This document shows positions 19,471-28,994 of a DNA stretch of 64,000 nt, piece after piece. The DNA is from Dehalococcoidia bacterium (GTDB lineage: Bacteria; Chloroflexota; Dehalococcoidia; Plut-88900): contig CBDBLV010000004.1 in the NCBI GenBank assembly GCA_965207225.1, positions 416,001 through 480,000 on the forward strand, in the 5' to 3' direction. Position 1 is the stretch's first letter, and every line of letters starts with the position of its first letter. The notes under the pieces are model-generated. The model was not told the origin of the DNA. It was given only the letters and a program-made list of their open reading frames with translations, and ran no database searches. The translations under genes and the position numbers were made by a program.

Positions 19471-20433
19471 ATGAACATCCTTCTATGCAGCGATGGGTTT
19501 CCTTACGTCGTCAGCGCTCTGCGTAATTACCTGCAGAATGACACCATCATCCCTTCGGCCATCCCTGATCTACCCCAGCATCTGCCTTCATCCGACGTCA
19601 TCATCCCTGCCATGCACTTCATCAGCTCTGAGGTGATGGACGCTTCCGCGGCCCGGATGATTCACCAGTTCGGGGTCGGGCTGGAGGGTGTGGACATAGG
19701 CGCTGCCACGGAACGGGGCATCTACGTTGCCAACGTGCCTGGCTCCATCGCCATGAGCAACGCCATATCCGTCGCCGAGCACGCCATTTTCCTCATGCTA
19801 GCCCTCGCCCGAAACTACCCAAAGGCCCGAGAAAACCTGGCAAGAGGGGTGTGGGGCCAACCCCAGGGGCTCGGGATTAAAGGCAAGACCGTTTGTATAT
19901 TGGGCATGGGCAATATAGGAAAAGCCCTGGCCCGACGCCTCCGCCCCTTCGAGGTTACCCTGCTGGGCATCAAAAGAGACCCGGCCTCCGGCGTCGAGCC
20001 GGATTTGGGTCTCGAATTCCTCGGCAGTCCCGCAGACTTACCGGCCGTGCTGCCCCGTGCAGATTTCGTTGTCCTGGCCCTCCCCCTCACCCCCGAGACC
20101 CGCTCCATCATCGGCGCCCGGGAGCTTGCCGCCATGAAGAACAGTGCCTATCTGGTAAACGTCGGGCGAGGTGCGGTTATCGACCATGACGCCCTGGTCG
20201 AGGCCCTGGCCTCAGGCCAAATCGCAGGAGCAGGCTTGGACGTTTTCTGGGAAGAGCCCGTCGACCCCTCAGACCCGGTCTTCCAGTACAACGTCATCGC
20301 AACCCCCCACGTCGCCGGCGTCACAGACACTTCTTACGACGAAATTGCCAAGGGCCTCGCGGACAACGTGGAGCGGCTGCGCTCCGGTCAGCCTCCCATC
20401 AACTGCGTCAACCTCTCCCAGCTAACCCGCTAG
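19471..20433 (+). CDS. D-2-hydroxyacid dehydrogenase
   Basis: GMGNIG, NVGRG, GAGLDVFWEEP and TPHVAG motifs. Confidence 0.93.
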   Translation: MNILLCSDGFPYVVSALRNYLQNDTIIPSAIPDLPQHLPSSDVIIPAMHFISSEVMDASAARMIHQFGVGLEGVDIGAATERGIYVANVPGSIAMSNAISVAEHAIFLMLALARNYPKARENLARGVWGQPQGLGIKGKTVCILGMGNIGKALARRLRPFEVTLLGIKRDPASGVEPDLGLEFLGSPADLPAVLPRADFVVLALPLTPETRSIIGARELAAMKNSAYLVNVGRGAVIDHDALVEALASGQIAGAGLDVFWEEPVDPSDPVFQYNVIATPHVAGVTDTSYDEIAKGLADNVERLRSGQPPINCVNLSQLTR

Positions 20434-21092
20434 GGCACCAGGATTTCGTCCTTCCAGCCATCTGCGGTCCTGGTGTAGCGATGCCTGTCGTGGAGCCTCC
20501 CCTCCCCCGAGTGCCAGGTCTCGATCTGTTCGGGCACCACGTAGACACCTACTAGGGAGTCCGGCAGGGGTACGTCGTTCTCGTCCGGATACTTCTTTTC
20601 TAATTCTTCTATACCAGCAACAAGTCGATCCCGGGAAGGGACAACTGTGGTCTGTGGCTCGAATGTCGGGTAGTAATGCTCCAGCAGCTTGGACCCGTGG
20701 GTCTTGCGTTCCCAGTACCGACGCCTGTCCTCTTCATCCATCGGAGATAGCCGGCCCCTGATCCTGTACTGCCTCGACACCGTCGGCCAGTACATCAGCA
20801 GCTCAAACCCCCGCCCCGACTGCACCTCCGCCCACTTCACGCTGAGACCGTTGATCAGCACCCCGAAGCCCCGGTGGTCGATATCCCTCAGCGACAGCGC
20901 CCTAACGGTCCCGCCTCCTTCCTTAGTCACCGTAGCCAGAAAACAGACGTTGGCATTCAGGTCACCCTTTTCCCGGGCCTTCTCTCTCTCCGAAATTATC
21001 TCGTCTATCGGGTCCAAAGTTCTCTCCCTATTAAATCCATCAAATTCGGTCTGATTTGAAACTCTGTTGACTAAATTGGACTTCCCATCCAT
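20430..21092 (-). CDS. Pyridoxamine 5'-phosphate oxidase family protein
   Basis: LATV, RQYRI, RLHDR and W...LVP pattern. Confidence 0.8.
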   Translation of the reverse strand: MDGKSNLVNRVSNQTEFDGFNRERTLDPIDEIISEREKAREKGDLNANVCFLATVTKEGGGTVRALSLRDIDHRGFGVLINGLSVKWAEVQSGRGFELLMYWPTVSRQYRIRGRLSPMDEEDRRRYWERKTHGSKLLEHYYPTFEPQTTVVPSRDRLVAGIEELEKKYPDENDVPLPDSLVGVYVVPEQIETWHSGEGRLHDRHRYTRTADGWKDEILVP

Positions 21093-21148
21093 ATCGGTGT
21101 ATCATATGTTCAATATAAACAAATATATCACCCCTAGGACTCCCTGCC

Positions 21149-22396
21149 ATCACTACAACCCGCAATCGCCCCGGCCGTCCCCGACACCGTAAACCCCGCC
21201 CCCGCCCCGACTCCTCCTCATCGAACGGGCATACCGTTACTGCTCTTCCTGCAGCAAGGCCCCGCGTCGAAGGCCCCCCGGGACAATTTGGCAGTATAGC
21301 CGTCTCCGCACCCCTGGCCCGTGCCCTTGCCGACATGGGCTACGAGACCCCCACCCCCATCCAGGAGCAGACCGCGCCCATTCTCTTTGAAGGCAAAGAC
21401 CTGGTTGGGCAGGCGCAGACCGGCAGCGGCAAGACCACCGCCTTCGGACTGCCCATGATCGAGAGGGTAGACCCCGATCAGACCCATATCCAGGGCCTCG
21501 TCCTGGTCCCGACCCGTGAGCTGGCCCTCCAGGTCACGGGCGAACTCAACCGACTCTCCGCCTACGCAGGCATCTCCGTGGTCGCCATTTACGGCGGGGA
21601 GCCCATAGTCAGGCAATTCAAAGCCCTTGACAGGGGAGCCCACGTGATAGTCGGGACTCCGGGTCGGGTCATCGACCACCTCACCCGCGGGACCATCGAT
21701 TTGTCTCAGGTACGCTTTGCCGTCCTTGACGAGGCCGACGAAATGCTGGACATCGGCTTCGCCCAGGACATGATTAAAATCCTCCGCCGCACGCCAAGAA
21801 ACCGCCAGACCGCCCTCTTCTCCGCCACCGTTCCCACCTTCATCCGACGCCTCATCTACTACCACCTCAAAGACCCGGTCTGGGTCCGCATCGGCGAAGC
21901 CATTGAGACCGTCCCCGAGACCGAGCAGCTTTACTGCGAAGTCGCCGAGAGGGACAAGCTGGCCGGTCTCCTCGAAGTTCTCGGGGAGCCCGACACCCAG
22001 GACCACTCGATAATCTTCTGCCGGATGCAGACCCGAGTCGACCGCCTGGCAAGGGAACTCAGCCGGCACGGCTACGACTGCCGTGGCATACACGGCGGCA
22101 TGCGGCAGGGAGAGCGGGACTCGGTGATGCGGGGGTTCAGGCAGGGCAACCCCAAGATACTGGTCGCCACCAATGTCGCCGCCCGTGGCCTCGACGTACC
22201 GACCATCAAGTGCGTAGTCAACTTTGATATGCCCGACAACGTCGAAGACTACGTCCACCGCATTGGCCGCACGAGCAGGATGGGTCGGCCGGGCACCGCC
22301 ATCACCCTGGTCAGCGAATGGAACCTCGAAGCCTTCGACCTGATCAAGGAAAAGATGGGCGATCAGCTGAGTGCACTCAAGCTGAGTCTTTACTAG
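21149..22396 (+). CDS. DEAD-box RNA helicase (probable non-AUG start; first ATG at 21335)
   Basis: Q motif, AQTGSGKT, PTRELA, DEAD, SAT and HRIGRTSR motifs. Confidence 0.92.
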   Translation: MTTTRNRPGRPRHRKPRPRPDSSSSNGHTVTALPAARPRVEGPPGQFGSIAVSAPLARALADMGYETPTPIQEQTAPILFEGKDLVGQAQTGSGKTTAFGLPMIERVDPDQTHIQGLVLVPTRELALQVTGELNRLSAYAGISVVAIYGGEPIVRQFKALDRGAHVIVGTPGRVIDHLTRGTIDLSQVRFAVLDEADEMLDIGFAQDMIKILRRTPRNRQTALFSATVPTFIRRLIYYHLKDPVWVRIGEAIETVPETEQLYCEVAERDKLAGLLEVLGEPDTQDHSIIFCRMQTRVDRLARELSRHGYDCRGIHGGMRQGERDSVMRGFRQGNPKILVATNVAARGLDVPTIKCVVNFDMPDNVEDYVHRIGRTSRMGRPGTAITLVSEWNLEAFDLIKEKMGDQLSALKLSLY

Positions 22397-22417
22397 CCGC
22401 TGCCCGGCGCCCGACCC

Positions 22418-22789
22418 TCAATTCTCGACCTCCCCCTTCACCCGACTCGCGCTTACAATCGCCCCTGCCGTGGCAAGTATGGTGATATAGAAGACCCCAC
22501 CCACCGCCGCCCCGATCACCAGCGCCCCCGTCCCGCCCGATATCACACCTGTCGAGAAGGTCAGAGTTACCATTACCACCACCGCGACCAGTGCCAGCAG
22601 GAGCCAAAGCGCAAACCCGAAGGCCAATCCCGCCCCGAACGCTGACTCTGGTCTGCTCCTCCACCTGCCTATCGCAATAAACCCCCCGACAAACGGCCCG
22701 ATAGGCCCACTTATGAAGTGGACTACAGGAATGATCAGCAACAGTACCGTTACGCCGAGAGCCACGAAAACTGCGCTGACCAGTTGCAT
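22418..22789 (-). CDS. Small membrane protein, hypothetical
   Basis: About 4 hydrophobic Gly-rich segments; lies in a co-directional gene run. Confidence 0.7.
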   Translation of the reverse strand: MQLVSAVFVALGVTVLLLIIPVVHFISGPIGPFVGGFIAIGRWRSRPESAFGAGLAFGFALWLLLALVAVVVMVTLTFSTGVISGGTGALVIGAAVGGVFYITILATAGAIVSASRVKGEVEN

Positions 22790-22807
22790 CCTTTACCTGT
22801 TGCTCCC

Positions 22808-23794
22808 CTAGCCCCCAAGCCCCGTGGCCAGGGCCCCGACCGCAATCGAGTCCAGCCCCGCGTCTATGGTCTCCCAGTGCTCCCCTGCATCCGGGCTGAC
22901 GTAGAGCTTGCCGGAGTCCGTGCCTGCGTAGACCCGGTCTGCATCGTGAGGGTCCCAGGCATAGGCAATGACCATGTCGTCATCCTCCCCGATGTCCAAC
23001 TGCGCCCAGTTTTCACCGGCGTCCGTGGACATATAGGCGTGCGCCCCAGACCTTCGCCCCGGGTTGTCGGACACCGATGCGAACACCCTCCTGTAGTCCG
23101 AGGGAGCCACAGAGACCGGCACCGAGTAGCGTCTCGCCAGCCCGGCATTGATGTGAGTCCATGTGTCGCCGGCGTCATCGCTCCGATACGGGCCGTTGGC
23201 CGTTGCCGCGTAGACGGTCTCGGGACTGCTTTCACTTACGTGAATGGTGTGGATATCGGGGTCGGTGCCGGTTAGTTGCTCCCAGCTGGAACCTCCGTCC
23301 CGGCTCCTCACGATTCCGCCAACCTCAATGCCCGCATACATTAGGTCCCGGGCGCCTGGCCCGAACCTCAGCTCTCGCACATGCGACTTCCTGTTCCCGT
23401 GGAACTCCCACTGAGCAGACCCCGGCACGGCAGTGAAGGCTTTGCATTCCTCCCAGGTCTCCCCACCGTCCGTAGAGCGGTGAAGGGATGCAGGTTCCGC
23501 ACCGGCGTAGACCATGTCCCCGTCCCCAGAGTCAACGGCTACGCTATGAGCATAGGGTTCGGGGTAGGACTTCAGCCCGTGCCACGTGGCCCCACCGTCA
23601 TCGCTCCTCCATAGCCCCGACTCGTAGGCCGCCAGGTACACCCGGCCCGCCTTTGCTCCTGAGACGGCAATCCTCGCCGCGGCGTGCTCCAGCTTGAGTT
23701 CCCCGACCTGTTCCACCCCTCCTCCATTCCTGTCCACGTCGATCGTCCGTATCCCGTCAACGGTCCCTATGTAGAGTCTCGTCGAGTCTGTCAT
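22808..23794 (-). CDS. BNR/Asp-box beta-propeller protein
   Basis: Repeated S-x-D-x-G-x-(T/S)W motifs. Confidence 0.88.
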   Translation of the reverse strand: MTDSTRLYIGTVDGIRTIDVDRNGGGVEQVGELKLEHAAARIAVSGAKAGRVYLAAYESGLWRSDDGGATWHGLKSYPEPYAHSVAVDSGDGDMVYAGAEPASLHRSTDGGETWEECKAFTAVPGSAQWEFHGNRKSHVRELRFGPGARDLMYAGIEVGGIVRSRDGGSSWEQLTGTDPDIHTIHVSESSPETVYAATANGPYRSDDAGDTWTHINAGLARRYSVPVSVAPSDYRRVFASVSDNPGRRSGAHAYMSTDAGENWAQLDIGEDDDMVIAYAWDPHDADRVYAGTDSGKLYVSPDAGEHWETIDAGLDSIAVGALATGLGG

Positions 23795-23815
23795 CTGCTC
23801 TCCTCCTCTATTCCG

Positions 23816-25108
23816 TCAGGCTGCTCTGGCGGGCGCATTGGCCTGGGGCATAGGTCGCGCCGCCTGCAGGGTCAAGATTCCCAGCCCGAATATCGCTATC
23901 ACCACTATGAAACCGATGTCGTAACTTCCCCAGAGGTCGAAAGAACCGCCCATCAGCAGCGGCCCGAGCAAGGATGAGGATACCGTAGCCAGCGTCACCA
24001 GGCCATATATCGTCCCGAAGTTTTTCAGCCCGACCGTGTCCTGTGTCAGTATCGGCATCGCCGTGCCCATCCCCCCGAAACCCACCCCCAGCACCGGCGC
24101 AAAGACGTACAGCGACGGCGACCCGGGCAGCATAATAAGTGCAACGAGGGCAACGCACTGTATGAACAGCGACAGCCCAAGCACCTTGCGAGAGGCAAAG
24201 CGCTCCGTAAGGAAGCCGAAAGAGACCTTCCCTCCCATCCCGAATATCGCCATGATGCTTAGGAACAGGGTTGCGCGTTCCTGGCTCAGCCCCTCGGCCT
24301 CAAGGTGGGGAATGATCTGGCTCAGCACCGAAGAGTAGGCGAAGTTGGCGGCGATTATCCCGAAAGTCATTGCGTAGAAGGTATGGCTTCGGAATGCCTC
24401 ACTGACCGTGGCTCCTCTGTCGATAGCCAGGACCGGGCCCCGTGCCTTGGATTCCCCTGGCGGCGAGTCATTCCCTCCCCGATTGTCCCGCACGAACATC
24501 ACGGCCAGCACCCCCACCAGCCCCGACAGCGCCCCCAGGGCTATGAACCCCGAACGCCACGTCGTCGCCATTATCAGGGCGCCCAGGGAGGGCGGCAGGA
24601 TTATCCCACCGAAGTTGGCGCCCATGGACGCGATACCCATCATCCGCCCCCGGGTCCTCGGGAACCAGTTCCCGACCAGTTTCGGGCCCGCCAGCATCGA
24701 CGCCCCGGGAAACGCTACGAAATGGACGAAGCTCAGCAGGTACCAGTGCCAGACGTTCTCCATCAACGGCCGCAGCCCGAATGTCAGGGCCAGGGTCAGG
24801 ATGCAGATGGTCATTACGGGTCGGGCCCCGTACCTGTCCAGCGCCCGACCTATGAACGGCGCCACCAGCGCCGAAACTGCGGAAAACGACAGGGAAGCCG
24901 TCACCTCCGTCCGGCTCCACCCGAATTCCTTTTCCAGAGGCTCGACGAAGACACCGAAGGCGTAGTGAGTGCCGCCAATGGCTGCGGCCATCCCCAGGAA
25001 CACCACCCCGATGACCACCCAACCCTGGTCGGGCCGGACAGACCTGAGCCCCGACAACAACCCTCCTTCGCCCAACGACTCCTGTGACAGGCTGCTCTTT
25101 GTGCTCAC
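23816..25108 (-). CDS. MFS transporter
   Basis: GRALDRYGARP motif A, WFPRTRG and about 12 TM segments. Confidence 0.92.
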   Translation of the reverse strand: MSTKSSLSQESLGEGGLLSGLRSVRPDQGWVVIGVVFLGMAAAIGGTHYAFGVFVEPLEKEFGWSRTEVTASLSFSAVSALVAPFIGRALDRYGARPVMTICILTLALTFGLRPLMENVWHWYLLSFVHFVAFPGASMLAGPKLVGNWFPRTRGRMMGIASMGANFGGIILPPSLGALIMATTWRSGFIALGALSGLVGVLAVMFVRDNRGGNDSPPGESKARGPVLAIDRGATVSEAFRSHTFYAMTFGIIAANFAYSSVLSQIIPHLEAEGLSQERATLFLSIMAIFGMGGKVSFGFLTERFASRKVLGLSLFIQCVALVALIMLPGSPSLYVFAPVLGVGFGGMGTAMPILTQDTVGLKNFGTIYGLVTLATVSSSLLGPLLMGGSFDLWGSYDIGFIVVIAIFGLGILTLQAARPMPQANAPARAA

Positions 25109-25157
25109 GTTGGGGTTGCTAGCGTTGAATTGGAGGGCCGTCGTCCGGTTCCCGACA

Positions 25158-26108
25158 TCAATTCTTCACCGGGACCCGAGGCAGACTCTCGTTAAGAAGT
25201 CGGATATGTTCGGGTCCGAGGCCGCAGCACCCCCCGATGAGCCGGGCCCCGGCCTCCACCCAGCCCCTCGCCGCCTCCAGGTAGTCATCCGGCGAGATTA
25301 TGGAGTCGAAGTTCCACTTGGGTCGGTCCCAGCTCCCGGAATGGGCATAGGCGCCAACGGACCCGTTCCACTTCTTTTTCATCACTTCCAGCGTGGGCCC
25401 TATGTGCTCAACCTCCGAGTGCATCACGATGGCCATGTCCCCGCCCAGCGCCATGACACTTTCCAGCATCTCCTCGAAGACTATTGCATCTCCTGTCGTA
25501 TATTCGCCCAGGGCCATGACGGGCTTGCCCGCCACCACCATACTGCTGAACCCCGACCATACGGGTATCCCGGTCTCCAAAGCCGCCTCGACTATCACGC
25601 TTGCCCGCTCCACGTCCCTGAGCATCTCCAGCAGGATCAGGTCCACCCCTTCCTCCGCCAATATCTGCGCCTGTTCCCGGTAGCTGTCCCTTAGCATGTC
25701 TAATGGTGGAGTCTCAAAGCCCGCAATCTCCGTATAGGCCCCGAAGGGTGATATCGACCCCGCCACCAGCACTGTCCTGCCTTCTGATGCCTCTTCAATG
25801 GCTTGCCTTGCCACCGACACGGCCATCGCATTTATCTCACGGGTAGCTTCCTCTTGCCCCGCGGTCTTCAGGCTGTGTCTTGCCGATGAGAAAGTGTTGG
25901 TCGTTATCACATCGGCCCCGGCGCGGATGTAGTCCTTGTGAACTTCCAGTAGGGTGTCGCTTCCGATCTTGCTCCCCAGCCCCGACCACACCAACTGGTC
26001 CATCACCACCCCACGCTTCTCGATCTCCGTGCTGATGGCGCCGTCCAGCAGTACCAGTTCACCCCCATCCATCCGCTCTTTCACAATGTCGTAAGCCGCA
26101 CTGGCCAT
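25158..26108 (-). CDS. Homocysteine S-methyltransferase family protein
   Basis: LLDGA, AGADVITTNTF and IGGCCG motifs; start placed at MASAAY. Confidence 0.9.
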   Translation of the reverse strand: MASAAYDIVKERMDGGELVLLDGAISTEIEKRGVVMDQLVWSGLGSKIGSDTLLEVHKDYIRAGADVITTNTFSSARHSLKTAGQEEATREINAMAVSVARQAIEEASEGRTVLVAGSISPFGAYTEIAGFETPPLDMLRDSYREQAQILAEEGVDLILLEMLRDVERASVIVEAALETGIPVWSGFSSMVVAGKPVMALGEYTTGDAIVFEEMLESVMALGGDMAIVMHSEVEHIGPTLEVMKKKWNGSVGAYAHSGSWDRPKWNFDSIISPDDYLEAARGWVEAGARLIGGCCGLGPEHIRLLNESLPRVPVKN

Positions 26109-26218
26109 TTGGCAATTCCCTCTCCGCAGAAAGATCCCACCCACGTACCACCCCTCAGCCCCGACAGTATATCCCACCCCCTCTCCTCCCACTCCGTCCA
26201 TAGCCCCCCGACCACTCC

Positions 26219-27090
26219 GTCATTCCCGACCCCGATCGGGAATCCATCCCCGGCGGGGCGGGGCCGAGTCCCCCTCCCTCGTAGGGGCAATCCCTCGTGG
26301 TCGCCCTGGGGTGGGGCCGCTCACCCTGAGCGACGAGTCGAAGAGCCTGCCCCTGCGAAGGCAGGGGGTTGAGCGGGGGTGGCCCGCGCCCCGCCAATAC
26401 GCCACCTCAGTGTTCGACCAGTCCACGCTCCTCACTGTCATTCCGATGCCCCGCGAGGAATTTAAGGCGTCTTTCCCTAAATCCACCTTGCCCCCTGAAA
26501 CCCGCCCGCCCCCGACCCCGATCAGGAAACCATCCCTTGGGGCGGGGCCGCTCATGCTGAGGCCCTCTTAAGCATGCCCCGAGTCCCTCGAGGGGTATGA
26601 GCGGGGGGAGGTCCACGTCTTGCCAAACCGTCGCGTCACCCTACATCCCACCCCGCAAAGAATCTACCGCCCCCTCCCCAAACCCACCCTTTCCTTGCCA
26701 CTCTCACCTCTTACTGGCATCCCCCCTTGGTAAGGAATTATCAGAAATGCTGCCAAGCAGCATTTCTGATAATTCCATAAAACAGGGCGGGTGGGTGGGA
26801 ACCGATTAAATCCTGGGGTGTGGGGAGGTGTACCCTTTCTTCCTCCCCCCAGTATTGAACTAGGGGGAGAGAGTGACCCTTCCCAGGCGGAGGGGCCGCT
26901 CATGCTGAGGCCCTCTTAAGCATGCCCCGAGTCCCTCCAGGGGTATGAGCCGGGGGAGGCCCACGCCTTGCCACTCCGTCGCATCCCTCCATAACCAACC
27001 ACCACCTTCTCCCCTGTCACCCCGAGGCCTCGCACGGAACCTGGGGTGGGGGCCGTCCCCTTCCGTCATTCCTGCGGAGGCAGGAATCCA
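26219..27090. repeat. Cluster of modular REP-like palindromic repeats
   Basis: GTCATTCC...GGAATCCA units at 26219 and 27065; GTAG-type unit at 26281; CCGCTCA...TGAGC units near 26317, 26548 and 26896; approx. 80-bp direct repeat 26544-26624 / 26892-26973. Confidence 0.8.
26734..26776. repeat. Perfect 20-bp inverted repeat
   Basis: GGAATTATCAGAAATGCTGC-CAA-GCAGCATTTCTGATAATTCC. Confidence 0.9.
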
Positions 27091-27165
27091 TTCCTCCTAA
27101 ATAGTCGCTTGCATCCCAGCAATCCCCCTCCATTCCTGTCCCCCCAAAACCACTCCAAATCACCC

Positions 27166-27193
27166 TTGACATCTATGACAATCGTGCTAAACT
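27166..27193 (+). promoter_or_regulatory. sigma70-like promoter with extended -10, upstream of the candidate ncRNA
   Basis: TTGACA-16 nt-TAAACT, with TG one base before the -10. Confidence 0.65.
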
Positions 27194-27320
27194 GTTTCGC
27201 AGTTCGAACTAATAATCTCGTTATCCAAGGAGGAACCAAAAACCCCAGGGAAGCCCCCGAGACGTCCGGGACGCCATCTCCTCACCTTCACGGATCCCGT
27301 GCCCCTTCCCTATCCATCCA

Positions 27321-27650
27321 GGCGATGGAAGGTCCACAACACTCTTACGGTGCACTCTCTTTGAAAGAGCATGCCGTCTGTGCGGATACCGCAAGAACCG
27401 CATCTACGCCACCGGCATTGACCTTGCCGGCGCGTCTGAAGGCCGCAACAGGCCTTGTTGGGAATCCCGTCCATAAGTCGGATTCCTCTGGCGTCTACCA
27501 CGACGACTCTGGCGGGCTTTGCCCGCTCTTTCGGTGGTTCAACCTCTATGGTGGACTGCCTGACCCGTTCACATACCCATAGACCCACCGAATATCCGCA
27601 GGGCAGGCATACCCGCCCCCTGAAAACCGAGTCCCGGACCTTCCATCGCC
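27321..27650 (+). ncRNA. Candidate large multi-hairpin structured RNA (family unknown)
   Basis: Perfect 15-bp closing stem enclosing about 9 hairpins; G-U pairs favour the + strand; no credible ORF; upstream promoter. Confidence 0.65.
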
Positions 27651-27711
27651 GACCCCCTCAAAAACAGACAAAACGAAACCCGAGACCCCACAACTCAATA
27701 AAGGCCCCTCG

Positions 27712-27740
27712 TTGACAACCGACCCTCCAAAAAGCATACT
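27712..27740 (+). promoter_or_regulatory. sigma70-like promoter of the LLM-comDE operon
   Basis: TTGACA-17 nt-CATACT. Confidence 0.65.
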
Positions 27741-27776
27741 CGCCGATGCACCCGGCCCCAGGGAAAGGAGAGAGTC

Positions 27777-28955
27777 ATGACGCTGCCCGCCCGCATGAGA
27801 TTCGGCATTTTCATGGCCCCCTTCCACTGGGCCGCCGAGAACCCGACCCTCTCCCTTGAGCGCGACATGGAGCTCCTCGAATGGCTCGACCAGCTGGGCT
27901 ATGACGAAGCCTGGATCGGCGAGCACCACAGTGGAGGTTGGGAAACCATCGCCTCCCCGGAGGTATTCATAGCCGCAGCGGCGCAGCGCACCAAGCACAT
28001 CAAGCTCGGGACCGGTGTCCTCAGCCTGCCCTACCACCACCCGCTTATGGTCGCCAACCGGATGATCCTGCTCGACCACATGACCCGAGGCCGTGTGATG
28101 ATGGGTGTCGGGCCCGGGGCCCTGGTCGGCGACGCCTTCATGCTCGGCATCGATCCGCCCCTCCAGCGCCAGCGCATGGACGAGGCCCTCAACATCATCC
28201 TGCGCCTCTGGACCGAGACCGAACCCATCACCTACGAAGCCGACTGGTTCACCCTCAAAGAGGCCACCGTTCACCTCCGCCCCTACACCCTCCCCCACAT
28301 CCCCATCGCCGTTGCCGCTTCTTACTCCCCGGCGGGAATGGTGTGCGCTGGGAAATACGGGCTTTCCGTGTTGTCGCTCAACACCATATCCGTCCCGGGC
28401 GCTGCCGCCCCCGATCTGGCCAAGTTCTGGGACATCGCCGAGGAGACCGCCGACAAGTACGGACAGACCGTCAGCCGGGACGACTGGGGCATCGTCATCC
28501 ACGTCCACCTCGCCGAGAGCCGCAAGGAGGCCATAGAGCAGGCCCGAGAAGCCTCAGGGCGGTACCAGAAGGAGTATTTCGAGGACACCCTTGGCCTCCC
28601 CAGGGCCTACGATGGCCCACAGGACAAGATCATCGACCACATGGTAGCAACCAACAACTGGTGTGTCGGCACCCCCGACGACCTGGTCGACACCATCCTC
28701 CGCCTCGAAGAGGAGTCTGGCGGCTTCGGCCGGCTCCTGATCCAGGCCACCGAGTGGGGAACCCGGGAGCAGGTCCTCCACAGCTACGAGCTCCTCGCCC
28801 GCTACGTCATGCCCCGCTTCCAGGGCTCAGTGACCAGCCTCCACGAGTCCCGGGAGTGGTCCGTAAAGAAGCGTGAAGAGCTCGTCGCCATGAATACCAA
28901 GGCCATGGACAAGGCCAAGGCCGACTACGTCAAGAGCGTAGCCTCGGGCCCCTAG
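27777..28955 (+). CDS. LLM-class flavin-dependent oxidoreductase
   Basis: GYDEAWIGEHHS and LGTGVLSLPYHHP motifs. Confidence 0.93.
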   Translation: MTLPARMRFGIFMAPFHWAAENPTLSLERDMELLEWLDQLGYDEAWIGEHHSGGWETIASPEVFIAAAAQRTKHIKLGTGVLSLPYHHPLMVANRMILLDHMTRGRVMMGVGPGALVGDAFMLGIDPPLQRQRMDEALNIILRLWTETEPITYEADWFTLKEATVHLRPYTLPHIPIAVAASYSPAGMVCAGKYGLSVLSLNTISVPGAAAPDLAKFWDIAEETADKYGQTVSRDDWGIVIHVHLAESRKEAIEQAREASGRYQKEYFEDTLGLPRAYDGPQDKIIDHMVATNNWCVGTPDDLVDTILRLEEESGGFGRLLIQATEWGTREQVLHSYELLARYVMPRFQGSVTSLHESREWSVKKREELVAMNTKAMDKAKADYVKSVASGP

Positions 28956-28994
28956 CCCCGACCCAACACCCAAGATTTCGGAGAATATACAAAC

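Noticed and set aside
26219-27090. CRISPR array
   Set aside because: Repeats are heterogeneous and irregularly spaced, and no cas genes are present.
27046-27582. 178-aa ORF over the structured region
   Set aside because: Starts inside REP-like repeats and has no recognisable motifs. The AAGGAGG near 27228 is not followed by a start codon, and RNA structure explains the sequence better.
27321-27650. Retron msr-msd, RNase P, tmRNA or SRP identity
   Set aside because: No reverse transcriptase in the window, and the hallmark motifs of these RNAs were not found on either strand.
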